Shown: piece by piece, positions 24,901 to 36,480 of the stretch
Numbering within the stretch: the stretch's first letter is position 1
Layout of the letters: every line of letters starts with the position of its first letter
NCBI GenBank assembly: GCA_028534125.1
Contig: CM052825.1
Location: 1,178,001 to 1,242,000, forward strand
Length of the DNA stretch: 64,000 bases
Source: Lama glama
Taxonomy: Eukaryota
Direction of reading: 5' to 3'
Program-made: the position numbers and the translations under genes
Notes under the pieces: generated by a model
Seen by the model: only the letters and a program-made list of their open reading frames with translations
Told to the model about the DNA's origin: nothing
The model's database searches: none

Positions 24901-27668
24901 GCAGGTGTCACTAGAGAAGTGGGAGCCCGAGGGAGGGAGCCCGGGAGGGACCCCCGGGCCTTGCAGGCGCCTCCCCTCTGGACAGAGGCAGCCTGATCTC
25001 CCCAAGAGCGTTCCCACCCCCCCGCTTCCCGAGCCGGCGCCTTGCCCGGCTCTCCACACATGTGGGAGCAGAGGCTGTCCCCACAGCGGTGCAGAGGGCT
25101 GCAGGGGGTGCTGGTGGGCTGGCGACGATGCTGGAGATCCGGCCCCGGCCCCAGCCCGTGTCAGGTCTGCCCTGGGCCCAGGACACGGCGGATGCCGAGT
25201 CCAAGTGGCGGGCCCACCTGGGGACATGGCACAGGCGAGGCAGAGCTGGGCCTGCAGTGGCCAGGGGACGGGCAGGCACACCCCTTCCCCTGCCCCGTCT
25301 GCATGCACACCCGGAGATTCAATTATGGGACTTCCTTACAGCCCCAATTAGACACCTACTTGACGGCACTGCCCTTTCCTAACTGACACTGGAATAAACA
25401 GACAGCGTGGGGGGAGAAGGGCCCGGGACACACGGCGATTTAAGTGCCAGCCAGTCCTCCACAAAGTGCACGGGCTGGAAGCCGTCGGGGGTGGGTGCTG
25501 CCCGGGGCCTGTCGGGGGCTTGCTCGACCTCTCGGCAGGGGCTGCGCCCGGCTCTGGCACCCACAGGTGGGCTGACCCCGTCTGGTTCCCGCCCCCTGCT
25601 GCAGGGGCTCTGCTGAGCCAGGGCGGCCTCAGGGCCTGGAGCCAGCGGAGAACACGGGAGAAGCCACATCAGGGACAGTGACGCCTGTCCCAGCAGCTCT
25701 TGGCAGCAGCGATGACATGCGCCTGCTGTGACCCCCGCCAGCAAAGACAGTGACCTCCTGCCATCCACTCTCAGGAGAGTCTGTGCAGACACTGCCTCAC
25801 ACCGCCCCAAGGGCACAGACGGGAAGCTGGGGTTCAGAGAAGGGCCGGGCCCTGCCCGGGCCACCCAGCCCTTAGGCAGTGGGACAGGAACGGAATCCAA
25901 GTCTTCTGAGCCCTGGGCCACCCGGCGACTCCCACCAAAGCCAAAGGCACCTGGGCTTCAGGGCCTTCTCTGGGGCCCAGGGCTCCTGGCCCAGAAGGTG
26001 GATGCTTTAATCCAAGCCGGCGGGTGGCGTCTGCGACTGAGCTGGGGGAGCCGTTTCCATCCCTGCAAACCCAGAGGAGGCCCTGGTGGACAGGCGCTGC
26101 GGCTGGGCCAGTGGAGTTGCTGACACGGGCAGCCGTCAGGGTCACTGCACGCACGGGCGCTATGCTATGACGACACTGTCACAGCGGCTGGGCGGAGGGA
26201 TGGGCCTCAGCTCAGGGCAGAGGGGACAGGCCTGGGCCAGGAGCTGGCCCAGGGTGGCACAGCGGGCTGTGCTGCCTGCTCTGACACCCCCAGCCCGGAC
26301 ACAGGATTTCGGAGGCTGGACCACTGGCAACAGAGGACAGCAGCTCCTCCTTCACTGGCCCCAGGGGCTCTGTCCTCTGGCACCCAATCAATGTAGATGA
26401 ACAAAGAGAAATGCATGGAGGTACAGGTCCAAACCACCCCAGGGCTGGGGAGCCTCCCGCACTCCGCCTCCAGCTTTCCGTCTGTCCGTCTGCCCCTGAG
26501 CACCTTGGGCTGGAGCTGGGCAAGGCTCTGGTGGCCAGACAGAGCAGCTCCCAGAGTCGGAGGGGCCTCGGGGCGTGCAGCCCAGCCCCTGGCACCGCTC
26601 CTGCCTCCCTTGGACCGAGGCCCTCCTGCTGCCCAAGCTCACCCTGGGGGCTGGGGTCAGAAGCTGTCCGGTGCAGGGGGTGGGGGTGGGGAGCAGAGCA
26701 TCCTTGGGAGGACGCAGGAGTTGGGGGAGACTGAGACGCCGACTGGGCTGATCTGGGTGCAGACCCAGGGCCCAGGCTGGACTGAAGAGCAGGGTCCCGG
26801 GGACCCTGTTCAAGGAGAGTGGATGGAGTTTTGGTGCAGAGACGGCGAGGATCTCCCCCGACTCCTCCCTTCCAGACACAGCTCTGCACCCGGAAGGGAC
26901 GGCGACCAGCAGGGAGCCTCACGAGCCCATTCGACAGAGTCAGGTGTCCTGGACCCCGTGGTTCTGGACCCTGCCCGCAGCAGACGGGGTGGGGGGCCCT
27001 CCTGGGATGGGGGCCGTCAGGGGTTCTGCGTCCTGGCACTCCCGTCGCCCACCCAGAGACACGGAATGCGGCGGAGCCGAAAATTCGCCTTCCAAGTAAT
27101 TCATACCTTCAACACAGTGTCAGTAAGGAACAAGCCCTCAACTGCTTTTTCTTGTACTTACAAAATTCATTTAGAGCAATAAACAGGTAAGAAAACCTAG
27201 GTAAGAAAGAGCAGGGGAAATGCCTTGCTCTGCACCAAATACGAAAGCACACTTTCAGTTGTAACGACTAAAAACACGGCAGAAGAATGAACCAGAACGA
27301 CAGAAAGCACCGGCACAGGCCCTGTTGCGCCAAAGAGCGTGCCGCAGATGAGCACGCACCACAAACCGGGGCAGCGAAGGCCCAGGGCACCCGCCTGGCG
27401 GCCCGGGAGCAGGCCGCCCTGAGCCTGGCCTTGCACTGCACGCCAGGGTAAGTTCCACGTGGATTAGATCTTTAAGCGGAAGAAGATAAGCCAAAGCGCC
27501 CCATCAGAAAACAGAATTTTTTATCGAGTCACTAGAGAAGGCTCTAAGCGTAAAGCGATGGAACTAACACACGAGGTTCCAAAATCAGCTGAAACTTTCT
27601 ACACAAAGTAACCACACAGGAAAACGAGAAGTTAAGCCTCTGTACAAACAGAATAAAACGAGACAGAA

Positions 27669-27830
27669 GCGGGGAGGGTGCAGCTCAAGCGGCGGAGCAC
27701 AAGCTTAGCACGCAGAGGTCCCGGGTTCACCCCCCAGCGCCTCCTCCGAAAATAGATAAGGAAACCTAAGTACCTCCTCCCACCGACAAAAATAAATACA
27801 TACATAAATATACCAAAAAAAAAAAAAAAA
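27669..27830 (+). mobile_element. tRNA-Ala-derived SINE (Vic-1-like, long form with 3' extension)
   Basis: gcggggagggtgcagctcaagcggcggagcacaagcttagcacgcagaggtcccgggttcaccccccagcgcctcc, then aaacctaagtacctcctcccacc and poly(A). Confidence 0.88.
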
Positions 27831-27831
27831 G

Positions 27832-27849
27832 GAGAGAGAGAGAGAGAGA
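27832..27849. repeat. (GA)9 microsatellite at the SINE tail
   Basis: gagagagagagagagaga directly after the poly(A). Confidence 0.85.
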
Positions 27850-27949
27850 AGGGACGAGGCCACGTGGAGAAGAGGAAGCAAGTTTTCTTCCTGATTAGTC
27901 ATCAAGGAAACGCACGTTAACATGAGACAGCAGTTTTATTTTAAAAACT

Positions 27950-29470
27950 TCAAAAATAGGCAGTAAAACCGACATTTTGGGGTGTACGTTCTGCGAGGGC
28001 TAACACGGGGACCAGGGACCGGTCTGCATGAGGCCATGACCGTGGAGATCTAGCCGGCCCGCCACCCGGAGTCACTCCCTCCACAAGTGCCCCAGCCCCA
28101 CGCCTGCACACTTGTGACGCCCGGCCTGTCCCCAACCCGCTTCTCTGCTCCTTCCAGGACACGTGCACCCTGCCCCCCACGCTGCCCCTAAGGCCCTTTC
28201 CCTAGACGAGTGCCCGACGGACGGATGGTGAGTCAGGGCCGAGGGGACGCGTGCAGGTGGAGCCACAGCCTCTCCCCCAGTCACCTGCTAACGGACAGCT
28301 GTGCCGTTAACAGTTTCCGGTGACTCTCCCGGACCCTGCTAATAAAAACTCACAAGTGCCAGGTCTGGGGAAGATGAGGAAAGTACATCAACGCTGCCTT
28401 CCAGGACCGGAGAGAACCCTGGATCCGCGACCGCTGACCCGGAGGAGTCAAGTCCAGGCGGACGGAGGAAGGCCCCGGGCTTCCCGGTGTTGCAAGCAGA
28501 GGGGAGTCTCCTGAATTAGTCTCTGGGTCAGCTTGGGCGGAAAGGACATCTTCGCGCTGGTGAGTGTCCCCCGCGGACGCGGGACGTCTCTCTGCTTACT
28601 TAGATCTCCTTTGACCTCCTGCTCGATGGCCTGTGGTTCTCAGCAAACAGGTCTGGCACGTGTTTTGTTAGAACTGCACCTTGGAACTTCATTATGGGGA
28701 GAGTGGGGAGAAACGGTACTTACGTTTTAAATTTCAGTTCCCACACGTTCGTTGCTAGTACGTACCACGTACATACAACAAGCACACGCATCGCGTGAGG
28801 TGACGTGGGCAAGGCTGCAGGACACAGAGCAACACACAGAAACCAGCGCCGACTCATCGCGTGTTTTTCCTAACTCGGGATTGTCTACGTAGACGAACGT
28901 GCCATCTGCAAAGACAAGGTTCTGCTCCCGCCTCTTCCTCTCCTGCGGTCCAGGACCTCCACACGTTCGCTTGGGCTGCTGAGTGACCACCGTCTTTGCC
29001 TGGGTTCTGGGCTGGGACCAGCAGGGCGACGCCAGGCGGAGGGCCCTGTGGACGGCCCCCTGGTGAGGAAGCTCCCTCTTCCCCTCATTCGCTGCGTTCT
29101 GCGGGCACTCGGTTTTGCCAGTGCTTCCAGGCCACCGGCTGACTCGATCGCGTGGGGCTGCTGGGCTGTATCGCCTGACAGTTGACTGGAGAACCAGCCC
29201 TGCGTTCCTGGAACAAGTTAATGATTTCCTGCAGGTTCTGTTTTTCGCCTTGATACTGATTTTTGAAATTAGGGTCATATTTGTTTCATAAAAGGAGTTG
29301 AAAGCGCTGTCTATTCAATTTCTTGAAGAGCCTGTGCAATCCAGTGTTAATTCTTCCTTGCGTGTTAGCCGGAATCCACCAGTGAAATCAGCTGGGCTGA
29401 AGATCTCTTTTTTGAAAGCTCTGTGATTTTGGATGCGATCTGCTTAACAGTTTCAGGACTTTCCAGAGTG
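27950..29470 (-). mobile_element. L1 ORF2 3' half and 3' end relic
   Basis: ttacttagatctcctttga, gtgttttgttagaact, gattgtctacgtagacgaacgtgccatctgcaaa and gaatccaccagtgaaatcagctggg are reverse L1 ORF2 landmarks. Confidence 0.8.
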
Positions 29471-30479
29471 TCTGCTGCCGCCGGGTGAGGCTCACGGCAC
29501 CGGGTGCCCCCAGGGGTGCTGCTGTCTGGGCTCTGGTACCACTCAGCCCGGACGCAAAGGCACCTGAAGCCTGGAAGTGAGCCTCGGACGCAGACAGAGC
29601 AGGTTGGGAGAAGCCCCGCTTTCTGGCCTGAGATGGATGTACAGAAATCCTGCTTTTCTTCTTTTTTCCCTCCTCTTCTCTCCTGGCACCAGGCAACCCT
29701 GCGGAGCTGTGGCTGCGGTGGACAGACGCCTTGAGGGGATCCTCTGACCGGCAGGGCTGTGGCCCTAGGAGAGCAGGGGTGGGGCTGGCCACCCCTGGCG
29801 GTGGCCGTGATGCTGCTGCGGCTGTGAGACGTGTGTGGGAGGGGAGGGGATGCAAAGGCCCGGACTTCCGGCCGGAGGTCTGCTGGGGGCGCCCTGGGGA
29901 CCGGGGATGTTGAGCTCAGGGAGGGGGATTTGGAGACCACTGCTCCGCAGGGACGGGCAGACCCCAGAGCACCTCTGAGCTGGGAGCTGGGGGAACGGCA
30001 CCAGAGGACGGGACCAGGCCCGGAGCACTGCCCGGGACCCAGCAGGATGAGGGGGGGCCAGCACTGGCTTCTGGACGGGACGGACGGTGGATGCACAGCC
30101 CCGGGAAGGCGGCGGGAAGTGCAGACGCCAGCGGGGAAGCACGGTCCCCACAGAGTCTCAGAAAGCCCTGCGGTCTCACCTGTGATGCTCCGCAGCCCAG
30201 GACACGATTCCGATTCACACAGCAGGTGCAGAGCCAGGAGGCACACAGGAGCCCCGAGGGCTGCGCTGCGAGATGCCTTGGTCAGTCCTGACCCGCAGCT
30301 GGGCACCGTCCCTCCCCTCGGCCCCACTGTCAGGTCTGTCACTCTCATACACGGGGTGCAGACACGTGGTGTAGACAGGGCGGCTGGGCGCTCACTTCAC
30401 CCACCTCACCGCCCTGCTCAGTGGACACCCCTGTCGACCCCTGCTCTTTGCACAGAAGGGACGTCTTCTGAGTGATGCA

Positions 30480-33260
30480 GGTTCTCACAGAAACCGCGGA
30501 GGCAGACGGCAGAGCAACAAGAGAACCGCTGACCCCGATTTGCGCATCAAACAGAGGCACCCCCAGGAAGGAGGGCAGATAGAGACGCCGTCAGACCAGG
30601 GAAAACTGAGTGTTTCCAGCTGCTGAGCTCTGAAAGAAAGGCCAGAGGACCTTCCAGCAAAGGGAACGGCACCAGAGGAGGCTGGATCTGTCAGGAACGA
30701 AGAAAGAGCAGCAGGAATTCTGAACGTCCGGGTTACAAGCAGGAACTGCTTCTCCCCTTTTGTTCTTTAAAACACGACAGCAGCTGAAAGCAGTAATTAC
30801 AAGCTCTTACGGTGGACGTGAGAACGCCCCTGCTGCAGGGAGGGCGCGCGGGAGGCCTGGGCCACCTGAGACCCCGCCCTCCTCAGGCGGCAAGATGCTC
30901 ACTGTACGTGCGCTGTGGAGGGTCAAGTACGGACACCGTGACCCCTAGAGGAGTCACGTGAAAAATATCCGAAGATACAATTAAAGAACTAAAATGTGTC
31001 AAAGATCAATACTGAAAAATAGTCAAATAACCTTAAAATAAGTAGAAAAGAGGAAACGGAATAAAACAGAGAGAAGGCAAACAAAACTCATCACAGAACG
31101 GCAGGCCCAACTCCGAACGTATTTGGAAATTACACTGAACATACTAAACGTACTTCTCAAAAGACAGATCCTTACCAGGTCCACATGAGCCTTTTATTAC
31201 GGGAGCTCCCAGTCTTGGCTGCCAAACAAGTCTTGAATTAAAAAAAAATGGAATTTTACAAAGTGTGTTCTTTGAATATAATAGAATAAAGCAAGAAATC
31301 AGTAACAGCAAACTACCCCGAAGACCCCCGGCCACTTTGAAGTTAAAAGCACACGTCTGGGCACGGCCTGAGTCACAGAGAGCCCTTCAACAGAACTCGA
31401 ACAATTCTTGACCCAAACAAAAAGGAAAACCTCGCAGACTGGAATTTGCGGGGTGCAGCCCCCACCCAGCTCAGACGGACACTTACAGCCCCAAACGCTT
31501 AATCAGAGAGAAGATCTCACACCGGCAGCCCCGTCCACCTTGAGAAGCTGGACGAAGCACAGCAAGGTGCGGCCGGAGCCCCACAGGAAGGAAGCAACGA
31601 GGGGAAGAGCAAAACCCAGTAGCACCGAAGCAGAGCAACAGCCCTGAAAAGCCCACGGACCCGCAGCCAGGGCTCTGAAAGGACGGCTCCAGCGGGTCAC
31701 CCTTCAGCGAAGCCGGCGAAGAGGAAAGAGCAAACACGCAAATCACCAGAGTCGGGGGGGGGGGGTCGCCGGGCACTGGGCGGAGACGGTCAAACGGCTA
31801 CGAGGACGACACAACTTTATGCCGCGAATCTGACAACTCAGACATAAAGGACCAGTTCTTCAAAAAGCACAAACCATCCCAATTCACCCCAGATAAGAGA
31901 GACCGCCCGTGTTCCAGGCTCGGAGCCACAGGCCGCTGGGACAGGACCCACAGGCCGCGGCCGAGCAAGCAGACGTTCACTCCTCGCAGCCCCACAGGCC
32001 AGAAGTCCGAGACCCAGGTGCAGGCATGCGGCTCCCGGTGGAGGCCCGACACGGGTTCTCGCCGTGTGCTCACCTGGTGGGAGATGCGAAGGACTGCGGT
32101 GAGGTCCCAGGGTCCCTCTTATAAGGGCGCTAATCCCACTCACAGGGCGCCACCCTCATGACCTCATCACCCCGAAGGCCTCGCCCTCCTAGTGCCGTCG
32201 CATTAGGGATTAGGTTTCAACATGTGAGTTTTGGGGGGACACAAACATTAGTCCCTGCAGCTGTGACTCTTAACGACCTTCCACAAGCAAAGTACAGGCG
32301 CCAAAGGTTTCACCAGGGAATCCAGCAGAACGTTCCAAGAAGAAATAACACCAATTCTGCAGAGTCTCCTGCAGAGAACAGAAGAGGATGGGACGCCTTC
32401 CAGACCATTTCATTCACTGTGCTGATGCCCCGTCAGACAAGGTCAGAGCAGGGACACTTCAGACCGACAGGCACAGAGACACAAAACTACTGACCAGACG
32501 GCCAGAGAACCCAGCAACCCACAAAAAGAAAAACATGCATAGCCAAGGGAGACGTACTTCAGGAGTGCAAGGTTGGTTCAATACTGAAACTTTCCAAAAC
32601 AACCCACCAGGTTGCCTGTCTAAGGAAGCAAAAAAACAGGAGCCTATCAATGGATGCACACAAGCACCGGTCACCACTCTCAGCAACCACCAGCAGACGG
32701 CGCCCACGAATAACCCCCGCCGACGGCACACCCCAGTCAGAGACAGGGACCCGGGAGGAGGCCAGGCGCCGGCGCACCACCGCGACCCCACTGTCCTCCA
32801 GTCCCAGCCGACAACAGGCACGAACACGAGACCAAGGAGCGAGTGAGACCCCGACTCACAGGTGACGTGGCTGCCAAGAATGAAAAAAGAAGCCTTCCTA
32901 CGGCTGAGCGACCTCAGCGAGGTCACAGGCCACAACCCCGACACAAAAACCAGCCGTATCTCTGAACACGAGCACAGACCAGTGGGAGCGGAAAAGATGC
33001 ACACACACACACTTGACGCTTAAAAAAGAAAACATTGAAACACTTAAGGGTGTTTCTAACAAGACACGCAGCTGGCGTGCGTGCTGGAAACTGTGAAACG
33101 CCGATGAAACAAATCAAAGAAAACCTAAAGCGATGGACAGACACATCGTGTTGGGCTGGAAACACTCAGCACCTTACAGGTGCGGATTCTCCCCGAGCTG
33201 ATCTACAGATTTAACGGATCCCCATAAAAATCCCTGCAGGCTTGTTGTAGACGCAGACAT
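30480..33260 (+). mobile_element. L1 relic (ORF1 end, inter-ORF region, deleted ORF2), interrupted by MLT1A
   Basis: cagaaaccgcggaggcagacggcag (ORF1 end), ggaattttacaaagtgtgttctttgaatataatagaataaagcaagaaatcagtaacag (endonuclease region), caggagtgcaaggttggttcaat (RT region), gagctgatctacagatttaacggatcccc. Confidence 0.85.
31910..32261 (-). mobile_element. MaLR solo LTR (MLT1A-like), near full length
   Basis: ctcttataagggcgctaatcccactcacagggcgccaccctcatgacctcatcacc...ttaggtttcaacatgtgagttttggggggacacaaacatt is the diagnostic reverse MLT1A sequence. Confidence 0.88.
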
Positions 33261-34539
33261 GTGAGGGGCCCAGAGCCAGCGGGACTGGGGTCGTGGTGGG
33301 GAGCGGTTAGGCTCCTGCCAACCAAGGGCCGCGGCTCTGGTCCAAAGCCCAGGACACCTGTGACAAGCTATCCTTCCTATCAGGGGGCTGTCACCTGAGG
33401 CTGGGCAGCCGCTCCCGCCCTCCATCCCCACAGCCAGAGCAGCTCTGTACGGCAGACACCAAGCCTGGATGTCCAATTTAGGACGGGCACTCTCTGCTTC
33501 TGGTCTGGCCTTTATCCTGGCTTATAGTCCAGTGACGCCTCACCCACCCCCATGACCCTCTGCAGCCCCACACGAAGGCCAGTCTGTGTCCACAGCGACA
33601 GGAATCCCATTGGGATCACCAGAGGCCCTCATGTACGCTGTCGGAGACCTGAGATGTTTACCCACGGTCCCACAGTCTGTGCTGACCCGCTGACTCCGGG
33701 TGCCCCAAGGCAGGGGTCGCCGTATCTGCCTCTGCACCGCCTCAGCTGCTCGGCCGGGGCCCAGACGCCAGTAAGCCAGGCTGCTCCCCGCAACACCAGC
33801 TCTCGCAGCCAGGGGCCCAGGGTTGGGGGCAGGTTGGCCGGCGAGGTCCACAGTGGACGCTGGGTGGTGTCGTGGGTGGGGCCTCTGCCGGTGCCCCACC
33901 CTCCAGCCCCGTCTTTGGGTTATCGGAGACCCTGGTCAGGGGCCCCCATGTGCCAACACTTCTGCAGCTGGAGAGGCGTCACAGGTCGGAGCCCAGCAGC
34001 CTGGCCCTGTGGCGGGAGGCCTGGGAGGGAGTCTGCTCACACCCGGAGCTTTTCAGGCAGAAATAAATTCGGCCTCCAGAGAGACCGACATCTCATCACT
34101 GCACTCAGTCCACGAGCTAGCTGCCATTCCGCTAGGACAGCGCCGCTGCCATCCAGCCCCGGGTGCTTGAGAGCCACCAGCCAGGCACCTGGCCGTCTCA
34201 AGGCTGCCAGGCCGAGGCTGCTGCCCCAGCTGGCGCTGACCCTGGGCTGCGAGGAGCGAGCAGGCGCTGGGATCCGGCACCTGCCAGCACTTGGAGCCTC
34301 GGCCGCCGCACTCGGGGGGAGCACGCAGCAGGCCTGAGGTCAGAGGGCTGCAGAGTTTCAGCGAAGAGCAGACACGAGGCCATGATGACCACAGGCTGCA
34401 ACCTGGTGGCGGCTCTTGGGGCTCCACTGCCCGTGTAGGGACACTCCCCCGAGGATCCTGGAGACCCACCCTGGCCCTCCTCCGCTCGGCGCCCACAAGG
34501 AGGGGCCCGCCCACGTCGGGTCGGCCACCAGCCACTGGC

Positions 34540-36480
34540 TGCAGCCCCAGCCCCTCTTGGCCCCGGGCACCCTCCACCCCGCGGCCCCGGCCCCGCTCCG
34601 TCCACGCCGGCGAGATCTTCTCTTGGCAGTCGCGCGGTTTGAGCGCTCACACGTGGTCTAGAGCCCACTTCGGGCCGACCTCCGTGAGTCGGGCGAGCTA
34701 GCGGCCAAGGAGTTCTGGGGTTTGGCAGGTGAACACCCTCAGGCCCCCGACGTTTGCGGGGACGACCGTCCTTCCTCCGTTTAGCTGCTCGGGCACTTTG
34801 TCAGCTGGCTCCAGAGACGCGGACGCTGCTGTGCACCTCTGACCCTCGTGTTTACCTTTACGTCCAAGTCGCACTGTGCTGATTAGCGTATCTCCGTAGC
34901 GTCTGAGACCAGGGAGTGTAAGCCCTGCGACTTTGGTTTTTTCAGAAACGTTGTCGACTCCTGGTTGTACGAATTCACGTGCAGAGTTTAGAGCCGACCT
35001 GTCACTCCTCACGGGCAGTGAAGCCTCCATGGCACGGCGCTCGCCGGCCTCCCGTGGGCCTCGTTTCAGAGCATCCAGCTGTGGGACGACAGCATCTCTC
35101 ACCCCCCTCAGGTCCTCTCCTCCTCAGGGCCAACGAGCCCGCCTCAGCCAGCCGGTTCCCTTGGTGTTAAGTCCGCTCCTCGAGGAATCGCGAATGCCCT
35201 GCGACCACGGGAGTGAGCGCCGCCCGCCGGCCCCGCTGCACGCACCTCCCAGGACCCCGCCGGGATCCGAACCATGACGGCTGTGCAGGCTGCAGAGCCG
35301 GGCTGAGCTGTGTGGCTGTCTCCTGCCGCCTCTTGGTCTCCCCGGGGCCGATGCTTGGGTCTCTGCTCGCACCTGCTTTTCCACGTTCCCGCCACGAGCG
35401 TGGCCGGACCTCTGCTCACAGCCCCCGCCGGAGCCTCCTGATCTCCGACCTCCATAGTGGCGGGAGATCTAAAACACAACGTGTGAGTTGAGCGCCCGGG
35501 GCAGGGGCGGGGTGGCAGCTCTGTGACCGGGGCAGCAGGCCCAGGGACGCATGGCCTGCAGCTGTGGGAGGCCGGGTCCACACCGCCTCCGAGACTCTGG
35601 ATGTGCTGCATTCTGACGACTCCCCTGCCCGAGGGAGGCCCGGAGCTTCGAGCAGCCCCCGCCTGCGCGCTGCTCCCAAGGCTGCTGTCCCAGGCACTCC
35701 TGGGTCTCGGGCTCCCTGCTCTGTCTGCTCTCCGGGCCACCCCCTCATTCTACGGGGGCGCAGCCTCTGCTGGCCTCGGAGAAGGGGCATGCAGGAGGTC
35801 AGTGTTCTCCGATTGTGACATGGGGACGTGGGGCTGCTCAGGTCTGGGTGCCAGGCTGGAGCTGCCGTCGGCTCCTCTGGGGACGTGGGGGCACCGGCCG
35901 CCCGCGCCTCCCAGCTTCCCGCGCTGCTGCTGGGCCCTGGCCTACTTTTCCTGCAGTGTGGCTTCCCCTTTGTCCTGGGAAACACCCTTAGCTGGTGCCG
36001 CGTGGCCTGACCCCCGGCCTCTCCCAGAGCCCCCGTGACTCGGACCCCTGGCTGCTCTGCGGATGTCCTTGCCCTGAGTCTCCTGCCGCCATCGCACTGT
36101 CTTTTTGTTCTACTCTTCAGATAAACTCCTCAGTTTCATCTTACAAGTCTTCTACTTAGATTTTCCTTTCAGTTTGGATGTTTTTAACTCTCAGAAGTTC
36201 GTTATTTTTCATTTTGAAGAATTTAAAGCCTCTTGTTCACATTCTGCTGGTCTCTCTGAGAATAGTGTTCGGAGGTTTTCTTCACTCGACAGCCTGCTCC
36301 CTGCAGGGCACCCATCCACTGGCCTGCCCCGTGCCATCTTCCTGCGCCTGCCGACCCCGTCACCTCCGCACAACTCGCAGTGGGCTCCCTCGGCCTGCCA
36401 GCTGAGGGCCGCCGTGGAGTGACCTGGCAGACTCTACTGGGGCCTCTGGAGTCAGTGCCTTTGGGTCTCCCCAGGCTGGT
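34540..36480 (-). mobile_element. Fragmented L1 relic
   Basis: cgcactgtgctgattagcgtatctccgtagcgtctgagaccagggagtgtaagccctgcgactttggttttttcagaa (reverse ORF2 3' part); T-rich reverse ORF1-like stretch at 36100-36290. Confidence 0.65.

Larger units (their letters stand above)
27200..27945 (+). mobile_element. Old L1 relic (L1ME-like) hosting a SINE
   Basis: A-rich plus strand; aagttccacgtggattagatctttaagc and tagtcatcaaggaaacgcacgttaacatgagac resemble the L1 ORF2 end and 3' UTR. Confidence 0.55.

Noticed and set aside
28490-33260. Inverted homologous L1 ORF2 segments (28490-29470 minus, 32260-33260 plus) as a dsRNA/editing substrate
   Set aside because: By eye the copies are too diverged for a stable duplex. 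An alignment and editing data would be needed.
33420-33700. Possible ERVL internal (integrase-like) remnant on the minus strand
   Set aside because: Only a faint resemblance (AVDTD-like word). It cannot be supported without a Dfam search.
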